This document shows, in pieces, positions 1 through 12,956 of a stretch of 64,000 nucleotides of DNA. The stretch spans positions 298,282,001 through 298,346,000 of the forward strand of contig OZ024743.1 of assembly GCA_964016885.1 (NCBI GenBank). The letters run 5' to 3'. The notes below the pieces were generated by a model, which was not told where the DNA came from, made no database searches, and saw nothing but the letters and a program-made list of their open reading frames with translations. Source of the DNA: Eledone cirrhosa (lineage: Eukaryota). The position numbers were made by a program, and so were the translations under genes. Positions within the stretch are counted from its first letter, which is position 1; every line of letters starts with the position of its first letter.

Positions 1-105
1 TGTATGATTGTGTATAGAAGATTATATTAATAAAAGGAATTCCAAATTTGTCTGATTTACTCGTTTTATTTACAATCCTTTAAAATTATAATGGTATTAG
101 AATGA

Positions 106-212
106 AATAGTATGGTAGAATATTAAGTGTTAAGCGAACAAGTAATTTCATGTGAAAGCATGAAAGTACTTGTTCAATTAACATTTAACACTTAATATTC
201 TACCATACTATT
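106..212. repeat. Long near-perfect palindrome (fold-back)
   Basis: 106-133 (aatagtatggtagaatattaagtgttaa) is the exact reverse complement of 185-212. Inner arms 136-152 and 159-175 pair 16/17 around the loop tgaaag. Confidence 0.9.
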
Positions 213-471
213 CAGATTACTTCTATAAAATTCAGATTACATCTACATACATATATATATACATACATACATACACATACATATACATACATACATATAT
301 ATATACATACATATATATATACATACATATATATATACACATACATACATACATACATATATACATACATACATACATATATACATACATATATATACAT
401 ACATACATATATACATACATATATATACATACATACATATATACATACATATATATATATACATTCATGCA

Positions 472-502
<31 letters not shown>

Positions 503-532
503 GCATATATATGTACATACATATATATATAC

Positions 533-937
533 ATGGTGGCTGCCAACTCGTTTTCGAGTACGGCCACTACTTTATATCCATTTAGGAGAACCTCTACCGA
601 TGCGCTGAACGAGTGTGACTTTTTAGTCCAGCCAGCGACTTGAAAACTCTGGTACAAACACTACACTTGTGACAATTATTGACACATAGTGCTGGGCCCA
701 TGGTACCATGTGAGGACAAGTGCAGAGAGATCTCCAGATATAAAGCAATGCCTGTGCCGTGAAGCTTTTATAGTGAGCAAAGGCACTGCACAAAGCCAGT
801 CCCACTCTCTTAACCAAGATGATATTTACCAAAAAGAAGAACAAGTCAACATCATTGGATACCATCAGGGTTGCAGGTGTTATATCAGAGTTTTCCTTCT
901 CCTAGAATTCTGCCTTGACAAAGGCTAAGGGGTCATC
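533..937 (-). mobile_element. Non-autonomous RTE derivative (RTE 5'UTR joined to ORF 3' end), copy 1, 5'-truncated
   Basis: Near-identical to four other copies. The minus strand has the RTE 5'UTR-type motif aaggcagaattctaggagaaggaaaactctga and, at 593-670, [25 protein letters not shown] (RTE C-terminal C2H2 finger). The 3' end runs into (TATG)n. Confidence 0.8.
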
Positions 938-1065
938 ATACATATATATATACATACATATATATATACATACATACATATATACATACATACATATATA
1001 CATACATACATACATACATATATACATACATACATACATATACATACATACATATATACATATAC

Positions 1066-1104
<39 letters not shown>

Positions 1105-1190
1105 CATACATATATATATACATACATACATATATATATATACTTACATATATATATACATACATACATACATATACACATATACATACA

Positions 1191-1226
<36 letters not shown>

Positions 1227-1315
1227 TATATACATACATATATACATATACATACATACATATATATACACATACATACATATATATATATACTTATATA
1301 TACATACATATATAC

Positions 1316-2428
1316 AAAGTATGGGTGCATAAAAGATATAGTGGGATCACAGGTAAGCTAACTAAGAACATAGATTTTACATGTGGCCGGTGCTCTGGTG
1401 CAATAAGTAGCAGCAAGTGCCCACGAAATACTAGCTCTTTCAACTGCGCAGAGGGTTCTATAGAAATAGTGGACAGCTTCCGTTACCTGGGTGACAAAAT
1501 CAGCAGTGAGGCAGGGTGCTCTGAAAGTACAGTAGCTAGAGTCAGAACTGGACGGAAAAAGTTCAGAGAGCTTATACCACTATTAGCCGCTAAAGGGTTC
1601 TCCTAAAAATGAAAGGCAGGTTGTATGATGCCTGCATACGAACAGCAACGTTGCATGGCAGTGAGACCTGGGCATTGTGTGCAGAGGATATACGCAGACT
1701 AGAGAGGAACGAAGATTGCATGCTGGATGTGAACGGCAAAGCATAAACGAACTAAGGAAAAAATTAGAAATAAGAGGGATCAGATGTTGTTTACTCGAGA
1801 GAAGGCTATGTTGGTATGGTCACGTGATGCGCATGAAAGACGATAGCTGTATAACAAAGTGCAGGGCAATAAAGATAGACGGTAGCCACGTAATAGGCAG
1901 ACCCAGAAAAACTTGGGACGAGCTGATAAATTCCGACTTCACACACTTACACCTCTCCAAGACAATGTCACTGGACCGAGACCTTTGGCGGTACTCAGTA
2001 ATAGAGAAGACCCGCCTTAACTAAATACAAAGTAAAACCTACTACAGTCAGTAGGCATCTCTAACAAAATACACCCCCGTCCCACCACCCCCACCCCACC
2101 CACACCACCCCTTTCAATGTAAAGTTATGTTGGTGCCACAACATCCAGGCCGAAACAAATGAGATCGTGTAGATGTCACGACAAAAAACACACAGTCCAC
2201 GCTGTAATGTGGTGTGGCCGTGTAGGCAACACGGTAAAAACCTCCCAGCCCCACACTGTAAATGTGGTTGGTGTTAGGAAGGGCATCCAGCTGTAGAAAA
2301 CCCGCCAGACAGTCCTATGCGAGCAAGACAATCACTCTTGCCTCAAGTGGGAAAACCCCCGTCCAAACCCATGCAAGCGTGGAACACGGACGTTAAACGA
2401 TGATGATGATGATGATGATGATGATGAT
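1316..2428 (+). mobile_element. RTE-clade LINE, 5'-truncated 3' fragment
   Basis: Matches 14660-15743 closely, with small frameshifting deletions. Contains the [11 protein letters not shown] and GRPRKTW motifs and ends cggacgttaaac(gat)n. Confidence 0.93.
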
Positions 2429-2666
2429 ACATACATACATATATACATACATAGATATATATACATACATACTTACATACATACATACATATATACATAT
2501 ATATATACATACATACATATATATAAATATACATACATATAAATATACATACATATAAATATACATACATACATATATATAAATATACATACATACATAT
2601 AAATATACATACATACATATAAATATACATACATACATATATACAAATATACATACATATATACAA

Positions 2667-2711
<45 letters not shown>

Positions 2712-2943
2712 TATATATATAAATATACATACATATATATAAATATACATACATACATATATACATATATACATATATATACATATATATATACATACAT
2801 ATATATACATATATATATACATACATATATATACATATATATACATACATATATATATATATACATATATACATATATATACATATACATATATATATAT
2901 ATACATATATACATATATATACATATACATACAAACACATATA

Positions 2944-5900
2944 TCTATCTATCTAAGGCGGGTAAAATTCCCGAGATCCATGGACGAGTTCTCTCCAGCG
3001 GTCTCTGTCCCTCATTATCGCTGCCATATCCTGCATCTCCAACAGACCAGTGTCTGTCCTTAGGGCATCAACATATGTTAACCTTGGTCTTCCTCTTCTA
3101 GTGTGTCCATGTAGAGGCTCCCAAAGGAGCACTGAGTGCAATGTCAACTCTGGATGTCGGTGAGCATGTCCAGCCAACCTCAGTCTCCTCTGTGTCACTT
3201 TTGAGCTGACTCTTGGGATGCTCCCATACAGCTCTGAGTTTTCATCCTCAGTGTATACTGATTAATGTTCAGAGCCATCCTCAACATTCTCGTGTAGCAC
3301 CCATCCACCATCTGAGTGAGTTTCTTGGTCAGTGTCCAAGTCTCAGACCCATACAGCAGCACAGACTCCACTACAGCAATGAAGAGGCGGATTTTCAGGT
3401 CTCTACGAAGGTCCGACTTCCACACCGACCTCAAGCTGTGGCACGCCGCCCAGGCCTTGCTCTTCCTCTCAACCACATCATCCTCCATATTCCCAATCTT
3501 TGCTCCCAAATACAGGAAGTCCTCAACCAATTCCAGCGGCTTCCCGCCTACATTAGTGATCCCCTCTGGCTTCTCAACATTCTCTACCAGATATTTTGTT
3601 TTAGTCTCATTCATTCTCAGCCCCACACTCATCGACACAGTCTCAACCTCCCGCATCAAATCCTCTGCCTCCTTCACTGTATTTGTCACCAAAACTATGT
3701 CGTCGGCAAATTCAGCATCCGATACCTTTTTCGCCCCAACTCTCCTGCTCTGAGCCGGTGCTACAGTAAAGCCAGAGTCCTGGTGTTTCTCCAGTGCAAG
3801 GCGCATACAATAGTCCACTACGATGATAAAAAGGTAGGGAGCCAATGTATCTCCCTGGAGCACTCCAGCCAGTATCTCAAAGAACTCTGTCATCCCATCA
3901 GGTGTAATGACTTGGGCTTTGGTGTTGGTGTAGAGCAGTGATATCAGGTCCACTATCCTCTTGGGGATTCCATGAGCCTGTAAGATCTTCATCAGGCAGT
4001 AACGGTCCACAGAATCAAAGGCCTTCCTAAAGTCAATGAAAACCATGACCGCAGGAAGGCACTTTGCTCTAGCTCCCTCTAATATCCTCCTCAGCATCAG
4101 GATGTGACTGGTGGTTGATCTACCCTCTCTGAAGCCGTTCTGGTTGTCCCTGAGCTTCTTCTCCATCTCAGGCTGGATCCTGTTAAGAATCATCCTGTTG
4201 AGGGTCTTTGCCACAAGTGACGTCAGTGAGATCCCCCGGTAGTTGTTGGTGTTAGAGAGATCTCCCTTCTTTGGCACTGGGACGATGTTACTGATCCTCC
4301 ACTGATTCGGGGCAACTCCTTTCTCCAGTGCCCCGTTACAGAACCCCAGGATGATATCATCAAAATCACACCTCTTCATCACCTCTGATGCCACTCCATC
4401 TTCTCCATGAGCCTTGCCCTCCTTGATCTTCTTCTTGGCTCTCTGAAGCTCCTCTCTGGTGAAGGGCTCTGTCTCAACATCCAGTTCCTCAAACAGCCGC
4501 CTGATCTCCCCTGTGCTCTGGGCTGTGGAGGGTGGCTCTCCTAGTAGGGTCCTAAAATGGTCTAGCCATTTCCTCTTCCTATCCTCGGGCCCCGTTCCCT
4601 GGATCTGACTCGAACACCTTTTCTTCCTCCCTGTGATCTCGTTGATGATCATCCAGCTCTCCTTACATCCAGATCTGTCAACCGCTCTCTCCACACTTCT
4701 GATCTTCTCTATCAGTGCCTCCTCTCTGACCTCAGTGTAAGCGGTACAGAGCTCTTCCCTCATCACCTCCACAGTCTCCATCCTCTCCTCCGTAGGATCA
4801 GCATAGAATTGGTCCCTGGCAGCTTTCAGGTGTTCTCTGGCTGCACACACTTTTGGGTTTGCAGAGCTGACGTGCTCCCCTTTGTTCTTTTTCCTCGGCA
4901 CCAGGGTTTCACTTGCTTTCGCCACTGCATTGGTGAAGTGCCCGTACCTCCTCGTCACACTCTCCTCAGTCCATCCAATCTCTCTCTCCTCTGCTCCACA
5001 CAGAGCACTAAACCTGTTTCTCACTTCCACTGTGAACCTCTCCTGTAGCTTATCATCTTCCTTGAAAGCTCCCCAGTCACAGATTGTTCTCCGGGGCTGA
5101 TCCTTGCTCTTTCTTAAGCTCACGCGGACCTCACTCATAACAAGCCGGTGGTCACTACCCAGTGTACTGAAATAGCTGTATGGTTCCGTGTTCAGAACAC
5201 TATTCCGCCACTTTTTCCTCACCAGAATGAAATCAATCTGGGACTTGGACAGGTGCACATCTGAGATGTAGGTCCACATCTTCCCCAGATTCTTCCTAAA
5301 CCCTAGGTTGGTCGCCATCAAGTTCGCCTCCAGAAGGGTGTCTCTCAGTAGTCTTCCATTTCGGTTGGTGTTGTTATGGAAGTACCAGCAAGGATCTTCA
5401 CTGCCCTCCTTACTCAGATGTGCATTGAAGTCCCCCCAAACAAGCAGGATATTGTGTGCCTGAGTGGTGTTGACAGCTCTACACACCTCCTCATGGAACT
5501 CCTCCGCATTCACATCACTGTCCCCCCTCCGTTGGACTATAGGCTGAGATGACTGTCAGTCTTGGGTTTCCATTGAAGGTCACCCTCAACACTTGCGGGG
5601 AGATAGGCATTATTTCCCTCACCAACAGATTGGTTTTTGCACTGAACACAAAACCCACTCCTCCCACTGCAGGATTTGTTGTGTTCTTCACTGCCGATGT
5701 AGTGATGAGCTGGCTCTTCCTCCCGATCATCACACTCCTCACGGGCTCATCGTGTAGAATCCTGTGTTCTTGGATCGCAAGTATCTGTATACCACTCTCC
5801 TCGAACAGATGTCCCAACTCCTCTCTCTTCTCCAGCGTCCGAATAGTCCTCACATTCAAAGTGCCCATTTTGATGGCTCTTCTGCAGGACAAAACTGCAT

Positions 5901-6259
5901 TCTTTATATTTGTCTCAGAGACAGCTGATCCATCATCCACTGGCCCTCTCTGTGGCTCTAAGCCAGCAGAGTCATAACGACCAGGCTGCTCCTTGACAGT
6001 CTAATTAGGGGCTCTAACCCTAGTGCTGTTAGTTAGTCTCTCCATATTTCTTTTCAATGGCTGACAATACCTTACCGGCGCCACTCGAATAAGGTAGTTA
6101 TTTAACCCATAAATGGAGCCCTAACAGGTACTACCACCCCGGGCCAGGGCAGACCTGGGAGTCATGACAACTAAGGGGTAACTCCACATTCCCCACATCT
6201 CCTGAACTCCCGAACTGGAGCCTTGCCACTGGATGTAGTTTAATGTCATACCCAGGACA
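2944..6259 (-). mobile_element. RTE-X-like LINE (APE + RT), near full length, disrupted
   Basis: ORF pieces 5515-5940, 3195-5513 and 2953-3198 give APE motifs (TLNVRT, IQEHR, GDFNAH, SQIDFI, SDH) and RT motifs (QNGFR, FIDFRKAFDSV, GVLQGDTLAPYLF, FADD, YLG). There are two frameshifts and an in-frame TAG after a likely ATG at 6046. The stop codon merges into a tagataga tail. Confidence 0.9.
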
Positions 6260-6292
6260 TATATATACATATATATATATACATACATACAG

Positions 6293-6327
<35 letters not shown>

Positions 6328-6352
6328 TATATATATACACATATACACATAC

Positions 6353-6397
<45 letters not shown>

Positions 6398-6490
6398 CAT
6401 ACATACATATATACATACATATATACATACATACATATACATATACATACATATATATACATATACATACATATATACATACATATATAT

Positions 6491-6523
<33 letters not shown>

Positions 6524-6552
6524 CATACATACATATATATACATACATATAC

Positions 6553-6586
<34 letters not shown>

Positions 6587-6831
6587 ACATATATATATAC
6601 ACATATATATATACATATATATATATATACATACATATATACATACATACATATATACATACATATATACATACATACATATATACATACATACATACAT
6701 ACAATGGCGACCGTTGTGGTCAGTGTCCGATAATTGGACGTGTGTAATTACGGCTTACATGAAGGCAACATACCATATATTGGAAAAAGTTGAGCTACAT
6801 TACGCGGTAAGATTACATACAATAATTCTAC

Positions 6832-7160
6832 ATAAGTGTTTGAACTGTAAGTGTGTTGTAAAACACCTATTTATATGAACGATACATACACTTATGATAT
6901 ATGAACGATACATACACTTTAACATATAAATGCAACGTTGTTATATTACATTTATAAAGAAATATAAAAGTAACGTTTTCGATTCAGAAACAAAAATATA
7001 AGTGTTTGAACTGTGAATGTTGTGAATATGTTGTAGAACACCTATTTATATGAATGATACATAAACTTTAACATATAAATACAGCGTTGTTATATTATAT
7101 TACATTCATAAAGAAATATACTAAGTAACGGTTCTTTTTGTTCTCGATTCAAACGATTCA
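6832..7160 (+). repeat. ~165-bp diverged tandem duplication in the Dong 5' leader
   Basis: ataagtgtttgaactgt...acacctatttatatgaa...aacatataaat...gttatatta...aagtaacg occurs twice, starting ~6832 and ~6998. Confidence 0.85.
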
Positions 7161-7335
7161 AGAACAACGTTTAAAACACAGTTGTAGAATTAAAAACTAA
7201 CTGAAAAGAAATATTACCCAAGCTGTGAATAACTTTAAATTTGATTCTGACAGAACTTTGTCGTAACTTTTAAAGAAGATCATCGACTATTTAAAAAAAA
7301 TAAATACAAAATATTAGTGAATAGACGAACTCATC

Positions 7336-10300
7336 ATGGCAAAAAGTACAAGTCTCCTTCGACCAAATCGCAATTACAACCGTTGTATACAGTGGAGCTA
7401 CGAGCTTAACAAAGAATTATATGAAGCATACAAACAATCTGAACCCCAAAAGTTCGGTTTTATGCAAAGGCTAAAAACTTTATGGAACTCCAAACACCCA
7501 GAATTAGACTTTTCTCCAAAGCATCTAAATGAACAGGCAAAACGTATCATTAGATGTAAATTGATACATCTAACGGAATCGAGTGATACTACAAATACAG
7601 CCCTTGTAGACAACCACCCCACCTCCACTGACAGACAAAGAGAATGGCCGGCTAAATCTAACAGTGAACAGCTCACCAACAATTTTGCTGAAATCCATCC
7701 CACTTCCACTGAAGAACAGCGAGAAAGGTCAGCTGACTCTAGTAGTAATTGTCACCACATCAACAACGAGGCTGCAATTCATGACTCTACTGAACAAACA
7801 GAGCACCAAAAACTTGTGGGCACCCTACAAGTGATATGGAACGATATGTTTCAAGAGATACACAGCCTTAATGTGAGTGACAGACCATACAACACTAGAG
7901 TCAGTAAAGAACCCACTAAATTGGAATTGGAAGCGGTGAACGAAATAGCTGGCAATTATCTGAAGGCTATACGATCTAAAGGTGTAGAAACGACATTTGA
8001 AACGCTCAATGTTTTGTTATATGTTTCAGCTGTCACATTGCTATCATATAACACACATCTAAAACCACGCAATCAAGATACAAACAGAAAGCCTGAACCA
8101 GCGTGGATGCGAAATTTAAAAACCAAAATTTTGTCCCTGAGACGAAGTATCTCACACATCGCAGTCGTTATGAAATGCAACATAGAGAGAAACTTCACAC
8201 GACACCAGGAAGACCTAAAGAAAAAGTTAGAGAGACGATTTGGAGATACCAAATTTAAAACTTTGAACTCCAAATTACACCAGTTGAAACAACAACTCAC
8301 AGCTACAACAGAAAGACTAAAATATAAGTCAACAGCCCATAAACGACAAGTGCTAAATAGATTGTTTGCCAGAGATCCTAAATCAGTTTATCGCAGCTTC
8401 GGTGGCAAAAGCTCAATCCCTGTAAACGACACCCCTTCAAAAGAACAGGTTGAGAACTACTGGAGATCTGTATGGGAAACGGATGACGGATTCAACAGAC
8501 AAGCTAATTGGCTAAAACAACTGGAACAGGACTACTGCCAACATGTCCAGACAAAACAATATGACATAGATGGGTCAATACTGGAAACAGCTCTACAGAA
8601 AATGTCGAATAGGAAATCGCCAGGCCCAGACCTCATTACAGGATACTGGTTGAAGAATTTCACTTTCTATCGGCAAGATCTCATACGGCTGTTTACAGAA
8701 ACCATTAAGGGCACACAAGAACTGCCCAGATGGTTATCAACTGCCACTACTCTCCTCATTCCCCAAAATAGCCAAACCACCCTTGCTAAAAATTACCGCC
8801 CAATTGCCTGCCAAAACATCATGTATAAATTATATACTGGGTGCCTTAACCTGTTCTTACAGGATCACTGTGCTACCAACAACATCATAACACCTGAGCA
8901 AGCTGGTGGAAAGAGGGAGGTGTGGGGTTGCATAGATCACCTACTAACTAACAAAATGATTCAGGAAAAAACAACAAAGAATCGCAGAAACATGACTGTC
9001 GTGTGGCTGGACTATCAAAAAGCATTTGATAGTGTACCTCATGGGTGGATTATTAAGGCTTTACAGTTAGCTAAAGTCCCACAACCATTAGTAGCTGCTG
9101 TTGAACGCCTGACCAAGAACTGGTACACCAATTTGATCCTTAGAGGTGAGAAGGAGCAGGTTAAGACTGATAGGATACATTACCAGAAGGGCATCTTTCA
9201 GGGTGATAGCTTGTCAGTACTACTCTTCGTTCTCTCACTGAATCCACTATCTTACCTACTCAGGAAACAAGGTGGACAAAGAAGTGGGCCCAGAAGTATC
9301 TCCCATCTTTTCTTTGTTGATGACCTGAAGTTGTATGGGCCAAATATCAATGACATCAAGAAACAATTGGACCTCATTACACAATTTTCAACCGACATCA
9401 AAATGAAATTTGGTGAGTCCAAGTGTGCATATTTGGCAGTAAAACGTGGAAGAGCTGTGCCCTCCTCTAGAAATCTAGATATGAACGGCCTGACAATACA
9501 ACCTCTGCAGTCAGGTGACAACTACAGATATCTTGGACAGGATGAGAATGTCAGATATGATGGACCCATAAATAAGGAGAGAACCAGAACTGAATACCTC
9601 AGAAGAGTAAAAAAAATATGGTCATCAGAACTGTCAGCATACAACAAATACATTGCCCACAATACCTATGCTGTGCCAATTATAACGCCAACATTTGGCC
9701 TACTGAACTGGTCATTGCAAGAACTAAGTGAGATGGATGTTAGAACTCGTAAACTTCTCAGTGTTACTGGGAACTTTAACATCAATGGTGATGTGGATAG
9801 GCTATACTTCTCACGCAAGGAAGGTGGCCGGGGTCTAAAATCAATATTAACAACATATGAGACCCGGATAGTAACACTGAAGCAACACCTTCAACAGAGG
9901 AAAAAGGTTGGCGACCATCTTGCTCAGGTTTATGAGCATGAAAAAAGAAATATCATTAGAATAGCGACTGATCTGGAGGAGAGATATGGAATAAAGCCTG
10001 ATATAAATCTCTCACCCAGAGAAATCGGAAGATCCTATTCAATGTTCAAACAAGAAAAAAAAATTGACCAATTTACAGAGAAAGTTGTGCATGGATACTT
10101 GAGGCGTAAAACACAGACCATAGAGGGGATAAACCACTCAAAAAGCCTGGCATGGAGTTCCGACAAGTTTATGACATCACACCTTGAGGGATATCTCTAT
10201 GCAATACAGGAACAAGAACTCCCTACCAAATATCTGCTGCACAAAAGAGGAGGGCCAGCAGCTGACAATAAATGTAGGCTATGTAAAACAAAGATCGAGG

Positions 10301-10845
10301 ATGTAAGCCACATTGTTGCCAGCTGCGAAAGAATGTCATCTCGCTACTACCTCCCCATGAGACACGATGGGATAGCTAGAACTATCTGGAACGCACTTCG
10401 GAAAACAAAATTAACAACAAACGAGGAAGAATATATTGAGACAGATGGCACTAAGGAATACTGGTGGAACCTGAAAATAAAAACTGCCACCAAATTAAAG
10501 CACAACCGGCCTGATATTGTAGTTTGGGACCACACATTGAAAACGTGTTCTGTTGTGGAGATCAGCTGCCCACTTGATGTAAACGTTGTCAGAAAAATAC
10601 AGGAGAAGGAGGACATCTACGGACCATTGATGAGGAGCTTACAAATCCAGTATCCAAGATACACCTTTAGCTTCATACCCATAATTATTGGTGCTACGGG
10701 TTATATACCAACCCGCTTGGACCAAAGTATGACCGAACTTGGATTTGCGGACAAAAAGCGCAGCTCCCTAATTCATAGTCTACAAATGGCTGCGATAGCT
10801 GGCACCTTCAAAATATGCAAAACATTCTTGCGATTCAAGGGATGA
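7336..10845 (+). CDS. R4/Dong-type polyprotein: reverse transcriptase, CCHC knuckle and restriction-like endonuclease (1169 aa, uninterrupted)
   Basis: KSPGPD, NYRPIAC, EQAG, WLDYQKAFDSVPH, GIFQGDSLS, HLFFVDDLKLY, YRYLG, RLYFSRKEGGRGL, CRLC-x-HIVASC, RHD, RPDIVV..E..K..Y. Confidence 0.93.
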   Translation: MAKSTSLLRPNRNYNRCIQWSYELNKELYEAYKQSEPQKFGFMQRLKTLWNSKHPELDFSPKHLNEQAKRIIRCKLIHLTESSDTTNTALVDNHPTSTDRQREWPAKSNSEQLTNNFAEIHPTSTEEQRERSADSSSNCHHINNEAAIHDSTEQTEHQKLVGTLQVIWNDMFQEIHSLNVSDRPYNTRVSKEPTKLELEAVNEIAGNYLKAIRSKGVETTFETLNVLLYVSAVTLLSYNTHLKPRNQDTNRKPEPAWMRNLKTKILSLRRSISHIAVVMKCNIERNFTRHQEDLKKKLERRFGDTKFKTLNSKLHQLKQQLTATTERLKYKSTAHKRQVLNRLFARDPKSVYRSFGGKSSIPVNDTPSKEQVENYWRSVWETDDGFNRQANWLKQLEQDYCQHVQTKQYDIDGSILETALQKMSNRKSPGPDLITGYWLKNFTFYRQDLIRLFTETIKGTQELPRWLSTATTLLIPQNSQTTLAKNYRPIACQNIMYKLYTGCLNLFLQDHCATNNIITPEQAGGKREVWGCIDHLLTNKMIQEKTTKNRRNMTVVWLDYQKAFDSVPHGWIIKALQLAKVPQPLVAAVERLTKNWYTNLILRGEKEQVKTDRIHYQKGIFQGDSLSVLLFVLSLNPLSYLLRKQGGQRSGPRSISHLFFVDDLKLYGPNINDIKKQLDLITQFSTDIKMKFGESKCAYLAVKRGRAVPSSRNLDMNGLTIQPLQSGDNYRYLGQDENVRYDGPINKERTRTEYLRRVKKIWSSELSAYNKYIAHNTYAVPIITPTFGLLNWSLQELSEMDVRTRKLLSVTGNFNINGDVDRLYFSRKEGGRGLKSILTTYETRIVTLKQHLQQRKKVGDHLAQVYEHEKRNIIRIATDLEERYGIKPDINLSPREIGRSYSMFKQEKKIDQFTEKVVHGYLRRKTQTIEGINHSKSLAWSSDKFMTSHLEGYLYAIQEQELPTKYLLHKRGGPAADNKCRLCKTKIEDVSHIVASCERMSSRYYLPMRHDGIARTIWNALRKTKLTTNEEEYIETDGTKEYWWNLKIKTATKLKHNRPDIVVWDHTLKTCSVVEISCPLDVNVVRKIQEKEDIYGPLMRSLQIQYPRYTFSFIPIIIGATGYIPTRLDQSMTELGFADKKRSSLIHSLQMAAIAGTFKICKTFLRFKG

Positions 10846-11117
10846 CAATTTCTTTTCTTTTACAACCTTGCCACCAGGAAGGTGGCCGGTCAAAAAAATA
10901 TACTCGAAATTAAGAGAAAGAGAAAACATATACATACATACATATACACATATATACATACATATATATACATACATACATACATATATATACATACATA
11001 CATATATATATATACATACTTACATATATACACATACATACATATATATATATACATACTTACATACATATATATACATACATACATATACACATACATA
11101 CATATATATATAAATAT

Positions 11118-11150
<33 letters not shown>

Positions 11151-11165
11151 CATACATACATATAC

Positions 11166-11200
<35 letters not shown>

Positions 11201-11304
11201 CATACATACATATATACATACATACATATATACATACATACATATATACATACATACATATATACATACATACATATATATATATATACATATATACACA
11301 TACA

Positions 11305-11340
<36 letters not shown>

Positions 11341-11351
11341 TCCATACATAC

Positions 11352-11788
11352 ATAGTGGCTGCCAACTCGTTTTCGAGTACGACCACTACTTTATATCCAT
11401 GTAGGAGAACCCCTACTGATGCGCTGAACGAGTGTGACTTTTTAGTCCAGCCAGCGACTTGAAAACTCTGGTACAAACACTACACTTGTGACAATTATTG
11501 ACACATAGTGCTGGACCCATGGTACCATGTGACGACAAGTGCAGAGAGATCTCCAGATATAAAGCAATGCCTGTGCCGTGAAGCTTTTATAGTGAGCAAA
11601 GGCACTGCACAAAGCCAGTCCCACTCTCTTAACCAAGATGATATTTACTAAAAAGAAGAACAAGTCAACATCATTGGATACCATCAGGGTTGCAGGTGTT
11701 ATATCAGAGTTTTCCTTCTCCTAGAATTCCGCCTTGACCCTTTAGCCTTTGTCAAGGCAGAATTCTAGGAGAAGGAAAACTCTGATAT
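11352..11788 (-). mobile_element. Non-autonomous RTE derivative, copy 2, with fold-back 5' end
   Basis: Same sequence as 533-937. 11701-11738 and 11751-11788 are inverted (37/38 pairs). Confidence 0.85.
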
Positions 11789-11888
11789 ACATACATATAT
11801 ATATATATACATAAAATACATATATACACATACATACATATATATATATACATACATACATACATATACATACACATATACATACATA

Positions 11889-11938
<50 letters not shown>

Positions 11939-11945
11939 CATATAC

Positions 11946-11976
<31 letters not shown>

Positions 11977-11977
11977 C

Positions 11978-12022
<45 letters not shown>

Positions 12023-12327
12023 CATATATATATATATACATACATATATATATATATATATATACATACATACATACATATACATACATACATATATATA
12101 TATACATACATACATACATATATATATATACATACATACATATATATATATACATACATACATATATATATATACATACATACATACATATATATATATA
12201 CATACATACATATATATATATACATACATATATATATATATACATACATACATACATATATATACATACATATACATATATATATATACATACATATACA
12301 TATATATATACATACATATATACACAT

Positions 12328-12358
<31 letters not shown>

Positions 12359-12387
12359 CATACATATATATATACACATACTTACAA

Positions 12388-12418
<31 letters not shown>

Positions 12419-12529
12419 CGTACATATATATATATATACATACATATACATATATATACATACATATACATATACATACATATATACACATATACATACA
12501 TATATATATATACATACATATATATATAT

Positions 12530-12562
<33 letters not shown>

Positions 12563-12956
12563 CATACATATACATATACATACATATATATATATATATA
12601 TACATACATATACATATACATACATATATACACATATACATACATATATATATACATACATATATATATACACATACATACATATATACATACATATATA
12701 TATACATACATATATATATACATACAAATATATATACATACAAATATATATATATATATACATACAAATATATATACATACAAATATATATATATATATA
12801 TACATACATATATATATACATACATATATATATATACATACATACATATATATATACACATACATACATATATACACATACATACATATATATATACACA
12901 TACATACATACATATATATATACACATACATACATACATATATATATATATACACA

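Larger units (their letters stand above)
6702..10928 (+). mobile_element. R4/Dong-clade non-LTR retrotransposon, apparently full length
   Basis: ~630-bp leader, one long ORF and ~80-bp 3'UTR, flanked on both sides by TACA/TA array. Confidence 0.88.

Noticed and set aside
3213-5977. Plus-strand ORFs overlapping RTE-X, and similar antisense ORFs in other LINEs
   Set aside because: Antisense shadows of retroelement coding sequence with no recognisable motifs.
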